A stretch of 64,000 nt of DNA. Origin: an uncultured Candidatus Rokubacteria bacterium. Its GTDB lineage: Bacteria > Methylomirabilota > Methylomirabilia > Rokubacteriales > DASRDR01. The DNA lies in assembly GCA_963826115.1 (NCBI GenBank), contig CAWGVS010000005.1:1952001-2016000 (forward strand). The letters run 5' to 3'. The position numbers were made by a program, and so were the translations under genes. Shown here piece by piece: positions 39,877-49,043 of the stretch. The notes under the pieces were generated by a model. It ran no database searches, was not told the origin of the DNA, and worked only from the letters and a program-made list of their open reading frames with translations. Within the stretch, counting starts at the first letter, position 1. Every line of letters starts with the position of its first letter.

Positions 39877-42623
39877 ATGATCGACGCCGATATCCGGGCG
39901 CCGGTCCATGCGAGGAGCGCCCGATGGGCGTGGATCTTCCTCGCGCTGGCCGCTCTGATCCGCCTCGCGCTGCTGGCCCGCGGGGCCGGCGCCAGTCACG
40001 ACGAGTCCCGCATCGGGACGAACGGCCTGTCGCTCCTTCACGGCGAGTTCCCGATCTACTTCGCGGGGCAGTCGTTCATGGGGACGGCCGCCGACGTCTA
40101 CCTCGCGGCGGTCGGCTACGTCCTCCTGGGCGTCTCCCCGGGCACTCTCGAGCTGGTGGGCGTGCTGCTGTCGATCGCGTGGGTCGGGCTCGTCGTGTAC
40201 CTCGCGTGGAGCGCGTTCGGCGCCGTGGCTGCGGCCTTCACGGCGGCGTGGCTCGCCGTGCCGCCGGACTTCGTGCTCTGGTGGGCGCAGGAATCACGCT
40301 CCCACTACCACCTGACGCTGGTCCTCGGCGTCCTGTCGCTGCTCCTCGCGCGGCGAGTTCCAGGCGCCGCTCCGGCGGTGGCGGCGCGGCGGCTTCTGGC
40401 CCTGGGCCTGGTGACGGGTCTCGCCTACTGGACGAATCCCCTGGGCATCGTCTACCTGCCGGCCGTCCTCCTGTACTTCGTTCTCGGTCGCTACCGGCCG
40501 CGCCGCATCCCCGAGATCGTCCTGCCGTTCTGCGGCTTCGTGCTCGGCGCGTTGCCGCATCTGCTGTACGCCATTCCTCGGGGTGACGCGAGCCCCCGTT
40601 TCCGGGGTCGGGATGGCCGGGCATCGTCTCGCACCTCACCAGTCTCGCCCGGGCGTGGCCGCTCATCCTCGGCGTCCCCGCCGACCTGCCGGAGTGGAGC
40701 TCGCGCCTCGTGGCGGCGCTCCTGACGGCGGCGTATCTCGGACTGGCGGGCGCCGCAATCGGTTGGGGACGGGTGCGCGCTTCCCGCGGCGTCATGGATG
40801 TCGCGGCGCTCGTCCTCGTGGTCGCGACGAACATCGGCGCCGTGGTCGTCGGGAAGTACGGCGATCTCCTCTGGCCCCGCGCGTTCTATCTCTCGCCGAT
40901 CTGGACGGCGCTCCCGGCCCTGGCCGGGGCGGGGCTCTCGGCGGTGCCGAAACGCCGCCTGGCCGTCGGGCTGGCGGGCATCGTCATGGCGATCCACGCG
41001 ATCGGCATCAGCCGCGGGATCGCCCGGGGAGAGGCGCCGCTGCCGGATCCAGCGCTCAGGCAGCTCGCGCCCCGCAGTGTCCAGCAGGGACTCGCCGAGG
41101 CGATGGCGCGGGACGGGGTCACGCGGCTCTACGAGTCGCATCACGCGCGGCGCGACCTCGCCTTCGTGTCCAGCGAACGCGTGATTCTGTCGCACTACTA
41201 CGAAGAGGCGCTGCCACGCTACGCGCGCGCCGTGGATGGGGCGCCCGCGCGGAACGTGGGGTGGTGGGTTGCTGCGCCCGTGCCGGCGCTCGAGCGGAGT
41301 CTCGCGGCCCTCGGCGCCACGTTCGAGTATCGGCCCTATCCACCTCTCGGTGGCGCGTACGTGAGGTTTGTGGTGCCGCAACTACCGCTCCGGGAGCTGG
41401 CACCGAACGATCTCCGCGCCGCGGCGAGTGAGAGCTCTGCCCGCGCCGCCTGGGTCCTCGACCGTGACGCCGCCACCGCCTGGCGCAGCGCGGGGCCGAT
41501 GCGCGGCGGCGAGTGGATCGAGATCGACCTCGGGGCGACGGAGCCAGTGGCCATGGTGCGCTGGCTCCCCCGCGTCTACCAAGAGACCCCGATCGGCCTC
41601 ACCCTGGATGCCTCCGAGGATCGCCTGGCGTGGCGCCGCCTCCTCGAGGTGCCGGACTACCAAGGCCCGCTGTACTGGTCCGCCGGCCATCCGATGGGCC
41701 GCGTCCGCAGCGGTCGCGTCGAGCTCCGCGTGCCCCCGACCCCCGCGCGCTACCTGCGCATCTCACAGACCGGCACGGGTACGCGCTGGCCCTGGTCGAT
41801 CTCGGAGCTCTTCGTGTACGCGCTGGACGCCTCCGCCCGTCCGCACCCCGTCCCGTGGCGTGCCGGAGCCGATCTCGCGGAGGCCCTGTCGCGCGTGAAC
41901 GTCCGACGGCTCTACGCCGACCACGGATGGGGCAGCGTGGCGGCGCTGGCCGACCGCCGCCTCCAGGTGCTCCCGGCCAACCTCCACCTCGATCCCTACG
42001 GCTGGGATGGGCCCCGCGCCGAGCTCACCCCGGGCGTCCAGTGGACGCCGGGGGCCGGCCTGCTCGTCGAGCCGATCGACGCCGAGGGGATCGCGCGGGT
42101 CGTCGAGGCGGCCGGCCTGCCCGTCCGTCGCGAGCCGCTCGGCGACCTCGTGCTCTTCCGGGCGGAGGCGGCGGCGCCGCGCGCGGGCCGGCCCCTGCCG
42201 CCGTCCGCCCTCACCGTCACGGCCTCGATCCATCCCGAGTGGACGGCGCTGGCCCTCGACGGCCAGCGCGACACGCGCTGGGCGACCGGCCGCCCGCAGG
42301 CGCCGGGCGACTGGCTCCGCGTCGACCTCCGCGCTCCGGAGCCCGTGCGCGCCGTGCGTCTCTGGACGTTCACGCCCCTCGACTGGCCGCGCGGCCTCGC
42401 CCTCGAAAGCTCGGGAGACGGCGTCGCGTGGCACCCGCTCCCGGCGCGCGTGTCCACCGCGGGGGATCTTCGCTGGGGCGGCATCGCCCTCCTCCGCAAC
42501 GGCGTGGAGGCCGTGCGCCTCGACTTCGCCCCCACCCGCCTCCGCGCGCTTCGCCTGACCCTCACCCGCGGCGACCCCGTCTACGATTGGTCGGTGCACG
42601 AGCTGACGGTCTACGGCGACTGA
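39877..42623 (+). CDS. GT-C membrane glycosyltransferase with two discoidin domains, paralog 3 (frameshift near 40580-40610)
   Basis: HDE...FPIYFAGQSFMG plus TM helices; second frame has LDRDAATAW/IDLG/RYLRI and LDGQRDTRW/VDL/SGDGVAW. Confidence 0.75.
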
Positions 42624-42670
42624 GCGGCGCGTTGACCCCTCGGGATCGATCCGTCAGGTGGCGCCCGCCG

Positions 42671-43297
42671 TCAGGTCGGCAGGGCGGCGGCGATGCACTC
42701 GCGGGTCAGCGCCATGAGGAGATCGGGACGCGCCTTGCGGTCGGCGCCAGCCGGAAGCGCGGTCCCGTCGAGCGGCGCGTGATACGTGATCGTGATCCGT
42801 CCCGGGCGAGGCAGGCGGCGTTTGACCGGCCAGGACTCGAACGCCCCGGCGATCGTGACGGGCACCACGGGAGCGCCGGCGGCGAGCGCGAGCCGGAAGG
42901 CACCGGGTCGGAACGCCTGCAGGCGCCCGTCCGGCGACCGCCCGCCCTCCGGGAAGATGACGAGCGGCTCGCCCTCCCGCAGGATGCGGAGCGCCCGGCG
43001 AACGGCCGGGCTGTCGGGTTCGGCCTCCTGGATCGGAAACGCGCGGGCCCAGCGCATGAGCGCGCCGAGCCCGCGGATGCGGAAGAACGGCTCGAGCGCC
43101 ATGTAGTGGAGCGCCCGGCGGATCGGGATCGTCACCAGGATGGGATCCATGAACGACGTGTGATTCGGCGTGATGACCACCGGCCCCTCGCGGGGCACGT
43201 GGTCCACACCCTCGAAGCGGATGCGGAAGAGTCCGCGGGCCGTCGCCCTCACGCCGGGCCGGAGCGCCTCGAGGAACCAGAACGGGACCGGCCGCAC
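42671..43297 (-). CDS. plsC: 1-acyl-sn-glycerol-3-phosphate acyltransferase family
   Basis: NHTSFMD (HX4D), FPEGGRS. Confidence 0.85.
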   Translation of the reverse strand: MRPVPFWFLEALRPGVRATARGLFRIRFEGVDHVPREGPVVITPNHTSFMDPILVTIPIRRALHYMALEPFFRIRGLGALMRWARAFPIQEAEPDSPAVRRALRILREGEPLVIFPEGGRSPDGRLQAFRPGAFRLALAAGAPVVPVTIAGAFESWPVKRRLPRPGRITITYHAPLDGTALPAGADRKARPDLLMALTRECIAAALPT

Positions 43298-43326
43298 GGC
43301 CTCATCGTGACACGCGGACTCCCGTC

Positions 43327-44049
43327 GTGACAACGACGCGCGCCTCCCGCCCGATGATCGTGGCCCACCGCGGGGCCGCGCTCGAGGCGCCGGAGCACAC
43401 GATCCCCGCCTACGAGGCCGCGGTCGCGGCAGGGGCGGACGCCCTGTGGCTCGACGTCCAGGAGTCGGCGGACGACCAGCTGGTGGTGATCCACGACGCG
43501 GGGCTCGAGCGCACCACGAACGGCCGGGGCCCGGTCCGCGCGCACACCGTGCGGGAGCTGAAGCGGCTCGACGCCGGCCGCTGGTTCGCCTGGCGGTTCC
43601 GCGGCCAGCGAATCCAGACGCTCCACGAGGCCCTCGAGCGGTTCCGCGACCGCACGCGGTTCGTCGTGGCGCTCCAGGAAGGCTCGGACGTCCGCCCCGG
43701 GATCGAGGAGCGGCTCCTGGGCCTCCTGAACCTCTACGGGGTGGCGGAGCGGACGCTCGTGGCGTCCTACGACCATCACGCGCTCCGGCAGTGCCGTGCC
43801 CTCGACCACTCGGTGCCGCTCGGCGCGCGGGTCGTCGGCCGGCTTCTCGATCCCGGTGCGCTCGCCCCGCCCGGGGTCCTCACGGCCCTGTGCCTCGACG
43901 CGAGCCACGCCCTCCCCGCCGACGTCGACGCCGGGCGGGCCGCGGGGCTCGATGTCTACCTGGGCGTGATCGGGACGGCAGCCGACGCCCGCCGCGCGGC
44001 CGCCTGGGGCCCGGCGGGGCTCGTCACGACCGCGGTGTTCGACGTCTGA
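43327..44049 (+). CDS. glycerophosphodiester phosphodiesterase-like protein (degenerate metal ligands)
   Basis: AHRGA, PEHT, DV, VIHD..LERTT, LDAG. Confidence 0.8.
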   Translation: MTTTRASRPMIVAHRGAALEAPEHTIPAYEAAVAAGADALWLDVQESADDQLVVIHDAGLERTTNGRGPVRAHTVRELKRLDAGRWFAWRFRGQRIQTLHEALERFRDRTRFVVALQEGSDVRPGIEERLLGLLNLYGVAERTLVASYDHHALRQCRALDHSVPLGARVVGRLLDPGALAPPGVLTALCLDASHALPADVDAGRAAGLDVYLGVIGTAADARRAAAWGPAGLVTTAVFDV

Positions 44050-44076
44050 CCGGGCGGGCAGCGGGCCGCCCGCGGA

Positions 44077-45012
44077 CTACGCGTGGAGGCCCGCTCGCGT
44101 GAGCGCGGCCCGGATGACCCCGCGCTCGGCGTCGGGAATCGGGGTCAGCGGGGGCCGGACGTGGGCGGCGGGGATGCGGCCCAGCATCGCCAGCGCTTCC
44201 TTCATGCGGTTGTGCATGTCGACGAAGGGTGGCGCGTAGAACGCGCGGACGAGCGGGTCGAGCCGGTCGTTGATCCGCCGCGCCTCGTCGAGGTCGCCCT
44301 TGCGGCAGGCGGCGAAGAGCTCGGCCTGGAGGTCCGCGGTGACGCTCCCCATCCCCGAGATCGCTCCGTCGGCGCCGAGCAGGAAGCTGGCCATCAGCGA
44401 CATCGTGAAGGACGACAGAACCGCCACCGGGCGGCCGGTCGCCCGGATCGCCCGGAGGTTCCGCTCGAACGCCACGACGTCGTTCGACCAGTCCTTCACG
44501 GCCGCCACCTGCGGGATCTCGCAGAGACGCGCGAGCGTCTCCGGCGCGTAGCCGATGCCGGAGGCGGGCGGGTACTCGAACACCACGATCGGCAGGTCCG
44601 CGCCGGCGGCCACCTCGCTGACGTGGCGGATCACCATGTCCGGCTTGTGCTGGGCCCCCCACATGAAGAGCGTCGGCGGGAAGAGCAGGATCCCGGCCGC
44701 GCCTTCGGCCTTCGCGTCCCGCGCGAGGCGCACCGCTTCCTGGGTGCCGTCCGTGTAGACGCCCGCCACCACCGGCAGCGCCCCCCGCACCTCGTCGACG
44801 GCGATGGCGAGCGCGCGCCGTCGCTCGTCGCGGTCGAGCGACGACACCTCGGCGGCGTGGCCGTTGGCGACGAGCCCGGTGACGCCGCGGACGCCGGCCA
44901 GCCAGCGGAGGTGCCCGCGGTACGCGGGCTCGTCGATCGACAGGTCGGCCCGGAACGGCAGGAGGTTGGCCGGCATCACTCCTTCGAAGCGCAGCGGCTC
45001 CGACATCGCCAT
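44077..45012 (-). CDS. DapA-like class I aldolase/lyase
   Basis: GVMPA, NGHAAE, AVKDWS (Schiff-base Lys), VRPPL. Confidence 0.85.
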   Translation of the reverse strand: MAMSEPLRFEGVMPANLLPFRADLSIDEPAYRGHLRWLAGVRGVTGLVANGHAAEVSSLDRDERRRALAIAVDEVRGALPVVAGVYTDGTQEAVRLARDAKAEGAAGILLFPPTLFMWGAQHKPDMVIRHVSEVAAGADLPIVVFEYPPASGIGYAPETLARLCEIPQVAAVKDWSNDVVAFERNLRAIRATGRPVAVLSSFTMSLMASFLLGADGAISGMGSVTADLQAELFAACRKGDLDEARRINDRLDPLVRAFYAPPFVDMHNRMKEALAMLGRIPAAHVRPPLTPIPDAERGVIRAALTRAGLHA

Positions 45013-45025
45013 CTCCTCCCTGGCC

Positions 45026-46033
45026 TCAGGCCAGCTGGAGCTCCTTGCCCCGCTCGGCGTCCATCGCGGCCAGCGCCTGGTCGACGCTCGCGCCGTCGTG
45101 GAAGATGGCCGCGACCGCCGCGGCCACGGCTCGCGGGTCGTCCGAGCCCGGATACAGAACGTTCCGCCCGATCATCGCCCCCCGGACGTTCGCGCCCGCC
45201 GCCATCCCGCGGTGGAGGTCCTCGAGCACGGGCCGCGGGTCCCCCACCGCCTCGCCGCCCAGGAGCGCGAGGGGCAGCGTGGTGGCGCGCGCGACACGCT
45301 CGAACTCCGGGCAGGTCGGCAGCTTGATCCAGGTGTAGAGGGAGCTCGCGCCCCAGGACGAGGCGACGCTGACGGCGTCGATCAGGGCCCGCGCCGTGCG
45401 CACGACCTTGTACGTCCCGTTCTCCCGGACCACCGGCAAGGGCTCGAGGAACGACAGCAGGCTCGCCTCCGACAGCTCGTTGATCGCCCGCACGCAGCCC
45501 TCGATGGTGGCCAGCGAGCCCCGGTCCGTGGGATCGATCCGCACCATGAACTTGCCCCCGTCCATCCCGAGGACGAGCATCCGACGCGTCGTGAAGCCGG
45601 TGAACCGATCGTCCATCTCCCAGGCGGAGCCCGGCAGGCCGCCCCGGTTCATGCAGCCGAGGAGGAGCCGCTCGTCGAGCGGGCTCTGCCCGCCGCGCTC
45701 GCGGATGAGCCCGCCCAGGATCAGGAGGTCCTCGACGAGGTCCGGCGTGGACATGAACCCATCGATTCCCGGATGGCTCAGGACGCGGAGGATCCGCGCG
45801 AGGAGCTCGTGGCGGTCGGCCATCGCCACGGGATCGTTCTGGATTTTCAGGCTGGCGCGGCCCGGATGGTCCGCCGCGAGGACGACCAGCCTGCCGTCGG
45901 GCGCCGGCATGCGCCGGCGCGAGCGCCGGTCCGCCTCGCCGTCGGCGAAGGCGGGCTGCCGGATCCGGATGTCGGTGATCGCCTCGTACAGCTCGCGCGG
46001 CAAATAGGCCCGCGCATCGAATCCCGTCGTCAT
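45026..46033 (-). CDS. Cgl0159-like (beta/alpha)8 aldolase family
   Basis: AADHPGR, GCMNRGGL, WEMDDRFTG, WIKLP, GRNVLYP. Confidence 0.75.
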   Translation of the reverse strand: MTTGFDARAYLPRELYEAITDIRIRQPAFADGEADRRSRRRMPAPDGRLVVLAADHPGRASLKIQNDPVAMADRHELLARILRVLSHPGIDGFMSTPDLVEDLLILGGLIRERGGQSPLDERLLLGCMNRGGLPGSAWEMDDRFTGFTTRRMLVLGMDGGKFMVRIDPTDRGSLATIEGCVRAINELSEASLLSFLEPLPVVRENGTYKVVRTARALIDAVSVASSWGASSLYTWIKLPTCPEFERVARATTLPLALLGGEAVGDPRPVLEDLHRGMAAGANVRGAMIGRNVLYPGSDDPRAVAAAVAAIFHDGASVDQALAAMDAERGKELQLA

Positions 46034-46114
46034 CGTCCGCTCCTCGTGGGCGTCAGGATCGCCGAAAACGCCCGCCCCGACAAGAGATCGTTCGCGTGGG
46101 GAGCGTTCACGCGC

Positions 46115-46747
46115 CTACAGCAGCACCCGGCTCTGGAGCCAGAGGGTGTCGGCGACGGTGCGGTGACCCCGACGGGCGAGCTCCGGCAGGAGCGCGACCA
46201 TCACGGCGCCGGCCGTCACGGCGTCCCCGCGGGCCGTGTGGCGGCCGACCACAGGCACGCCGAGCCGCGCCGCCACCGACTCGAGCGTCAGGTCCGTCCA
46301 AGCGGGATGGAGCGCCGCGGCGAGCCGCATCGTGCAGAGGGCCGCGTTCCTCATAGGCGGCTGACCGCGGGCGCGGCGCCCCGCCGCGAGGATCGCCAGG
46401 TCGAAGGCGACGCCGTGGCCAACGACGACGTGGTCCTCCCACAGGCCTTCGAGGTCGTCCAGCACCGCGTCGAGCCGCGGGGCCGCTCGCACGTCGTCGT
46501 CGGTGATGCCGTGGATCCGCGTGGATGCGGCCGGAATCGGGCGGCCCGGGTTGACGAGCGTCTCGTAGCCACCCATCGGCTCCCCGCCCCGGAAGGGCAC
46601 GACCGCCACCGAGACGGCGACGTCTCGGCGGGCGTCGAGGCCCGTGGTCTCGAGGTCGATGGCCACGAAGTCGTCGAGCGCCGCCCCGAGCAGCCGGTCG
46701 TCGGCGGGTACGGCGCGCCCCCGGAGCCACCCGACGAGGCGCCTCAC
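46115..46747 (-). CDS. DEDDh 3'-5' exonuclease (DnaQ-like)
   Basis: DLETTG, IHGIT, GHGVAFD, HTARGD; GTGA overlap with the upstream gene. Confidence 0.88.
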   Translation of the reverse strand: MRRLVGWLRGRAVPADDRLLGAALDDFVAIDLETTGLDARRDVAVSVAVVPFRGGEPMGGYETLVNPGRPIPAASTRIHGITDDDVRAAPRLDAVLDDLEGLWEDHVVVGHGVAFDLAILAAGRRARGQPPMRNAALCTMRLAAALHPAWTDLTLESVAARLGVPVVGRHTARGDAVTAGAVMVALLPELARRGHRTVADTLWLQSRVLL

Positions 46748-48204
46748 CCGAGGAGGTCCGTTGCGTAACGCACGCGGAGGCCGTCCTGCACCTGGCCGAC
46801 CGTCCGGAGCGCATCGCGAAGCAGGAGCGCGTCGGCGCGCGACAGGCGCCGGGGATCCAGCCGGTTGTCCGGTGTCTCGCCGCGGTCGAGCCGGGCGAGC
46901 TGGTGGGCGAGGCGCAGCCGCTGGATGAGCTGGTAAGCGTCGACGATCTCGGCGCCCTCCTGCGTGCCGTAGACCTCGCGCGCGGCCGCCGACCGGAAGC
47001 GGTCGACGGTGTTGGTGTCGGCGAGCCCCAGCGCGAGGGCGTGGACCCGCGCGGCCCCCGTGAGCTGGAGGCTCCCGCCGCCCTTCACGTCGATCGTGCC
47101 GCGATGCGCTCCGTCCCGCGCGGGGCGGAGGTTCCCGAACACCGTGAGCGGAACGGGCCGCTCCACGACGTCGCGCGCGAGGAGACCCAGGAGGCGGCGC
47201 GAGCCAGGCGCGTCGGTCTGGATCACCGTCCGGAGCTCCGAGCCGAGCGTCGTCGTGCCCGCCGTCGCCCGAAGGTCGAAGAAGATGCAGGCGGCCAGCA
47301 CCTCCTGGGGACCGCTGTCCACCATCCAGCCGCGGAACCGACGCGCCCAGACGCTCACCGGCTGGCACCACTCTGGATTCGACGCCATGATCCGCCCCGG
47401 GCACTCCGGGAACCCGATCCGGACGAGCGCCCCGTTGACCTCGCCGGCGAGCCCCGCGAAGTAGGCCGCGACCGCCGCCGCGTCGGCCGGTGACGGATCG
47501 GCGTACGCGAGGCCGTTGTCCTGGTCCGTGCGGAGGCTCTGCTCCTGCCGGGCCTCGCTCCCGAAGGCGAGCCAGCAGAACGGGACGGGCGGCGGCCCGG
47601 CCGCGCCGCCGGCCTGCGTGACCAGCTCGACCACCCGCTGCGTCATCCGCTCGTTCAGCTCGGCGACGATCCGCCCGACGTCGTACGGCGTCCCGCCCTC
47701 GTCCACCAGCCGGCGCACCAGCGCGGTGACTCGCCCGCCGAGCCGGGCGAGATCGTCGACGGACGGCGCAGCGGCGATCTCGCGGGCCACCGTCACCGGG
47801 TGCGCCGCGTGCAGCCGGAGGAAGTCGTTGCTCGAGACGACGCCGAGGAGGCGTCCCTCTTCCACGACCGCGAGGTGGTGGATTCCGCGCCGGGTCATCT
47901 CGAGGAGCGCCTCGAAGCCGTAGGCCGCCGGGGCCACGCTGACGAGCGGGGTCGACATGACGTCGGCCGCCGTCGTCGCCGTGGGGTCGCGGGCGGCCGC
48001 GACGACCTTCGTCCGAAGGTCTCGATCCGTCACGATCCCGGTGGGCGTGCCGTCGTCACCGGCGATGACCACCGACCCGATTCCGGCCGCCGCCATCTGG
48101 CGGGCGAGCGCCTGAACAAGCGTGCGCGGGCTCGCGGTCACGGGCGGCCGCGCGATGAACTCGCGGACCGGATGGAGGAAGAGCGAGACGTCCTCGGGGC
48201 TCAC
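46744..48204 (-). CDS. CBS-pair plus DUF294 nucleotidyltransferase-like protein
   Basis: GIVTDRDLR (CBS), FGSEARQEQSLRTDQDN, CPGRIMASNPEW, IFFDLR. Confidence 0.9.
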   Translation of the reverse strand: MSPEDVSLFLHPVREFIARPPVTASPRTLVQALARQMAAAGIGSVVIAGDDGTPTGIVTDRDLRTKVVAAARDPTATTAADVMSTPLVSVAPAAYGFEALLEMTRRGIHHLAVVEEGRLLGVVSSNDFLRLHAAHPVTVAREIAAAPSVDDLARLGGRVTALVRRLVDEGGTPYDVGRIVAELNERMTQRVVELVTQAGGAAGPPPVPFCWLAFGSEARQEQSLRTDQDNGLAYADPSPADAAAVAAYFAGLAGEVNGALVRIGFPECPGRIMASNPEWCQPVSVWARRFRGWMVDSGPQEVLAACIFFDLRATAGTTTLGSELRTVIQTDAPGSRRLLGLLARDVVERPVPLTVFGNLRPARDGAHRGTIDVKGGGSLQLTGAARVHALALGLADTNTVDRFRSAAAREVYGTQEGAEIVDAYQLIQRLRLAHQLARLDRGETPDNRLDPRRLSRADALLLRDALRTVGQVQDGLRVRYATDLLG

Positions 48205-48220
48205 GATCGGACGCCTTTCC

Positions 48221-48649
48221 TCAGGGTCCCCGGCCGGCCCGCCACCGTCGAAGGATGCCGAGCCCCGTCGCCACGAGAGCGCCGGCGACGTTCGTGGCGA
48301 CGACGAGGGCCAGCGAGACCAGGAGCAGCGCCATCACGGATCCGAGATGGAGCGCCGGTACCGCCTCGGGCGGAAGCTGGCTCTCCAGCCAGAACAGCGG
48401 CATCAGCACGACCATCGGCAGGCCGATCACGACCATCAGGAGCGCGATGGCCCCTCGCCCGATCCGGCGGATCGCCTCGAGCGCTCGGGACCACTGCTCG
48501 ACGTAGACCCAGAGCGCGGTCACTCCGACGAACGCCAGGAGCACGGCAACCATGAACACTGCCGGGGCGTCGCGAAACCTCGATCCGGCGGCGTAGACGC
48601 CGGCAAACGCGACCGCTCCGAACACGTTGGCGGCGGCGAGCGCCAGCAT
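48221..48649 (-). CDS. hypothetical four-TM membrane protein
   Basis: Four hydrophobic segments; operonic position. Confidence 0.6.
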   Translation of the reverse strand: MLALAAANVFGAVAFAGVYAAGSRFRDAPAVFMVAVLLAFVGVTALWVYVEQWSRALEAIRRIGRGAIALLMVVIGLPMVVLMPLFWLESQLPPEAVPALHLGSVMALLLVSLALVVATNVAGALVATGLGILRRWRAGRGP

Positions 48650-48668
48650 GGAGCCCGTCTCGCTCAGG

Positions 48669-48977
48669 CTATCGGGCCGGTGACCCGAGCCAGTGGGCGA
48701 GCAGGATCCGGGAGCCGAGCCAGAGCGCCACGTAGACACCGAGAGCGGCCAGGCGCACCCGGCGCTCCGGTGTGGCGACCCCCAGAAGCCTCCGCACGGG
48801 GCGCGTCAGCGGCCCGGTAACCACCGAGAAGAACCAGAGGACCGGGCTGTCCGGCCGATTGATCAGGCGAGCGAACAGAATGTGGAGGCCGAGATAGATC
48901 GAGGCCATGAAAAAGACGAGCGGGACCACCACGTTGAGGGTGTGGAGGAGACGCACGAGCAGTTCTGACCCGATCAC
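48669..48977 (-). CDS. small membrane protein, YggT-like
   Basis: FFSVVTGPLTRPVRRLL motif; TATCAT -10 6 nt before GTG. Confidence 0.6.
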   Translation of the reverse strand: MIGSELLVRLLHTLNVVVPLVFFMASIYLGLHILFARLINRPDSPVLWFFSVVTGPLTRPVRRLLGVATPERRVRLAALGVYVALWLGSRILLAHWLGSPAR

Positions 48978-48992
48978 GGGCGCATGATACCA

Positions 48993-49023
48993 GGGGGCGG
49001 GACGCGCCAGGCGCCCCGCCCCC
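48993..49023 (-). terminator. GC hairpin downstream of the symporter gene
   Basis: GGGGGCGGG/CCCGCCCCC stem, extended by a G-U pair only in minus-strand RNA. Confidence 0.5.
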
Positions 49024-49043
49024 CGGGTGATGTCAGTCGACCG

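Noticed and set aside
46115-48204. Nucleotidyltransferase plus exonuclease as a CBASS-like defence system
   Set aside because: DUF294/CBS type in the usual ActP context; no CD-NTase or effector genes
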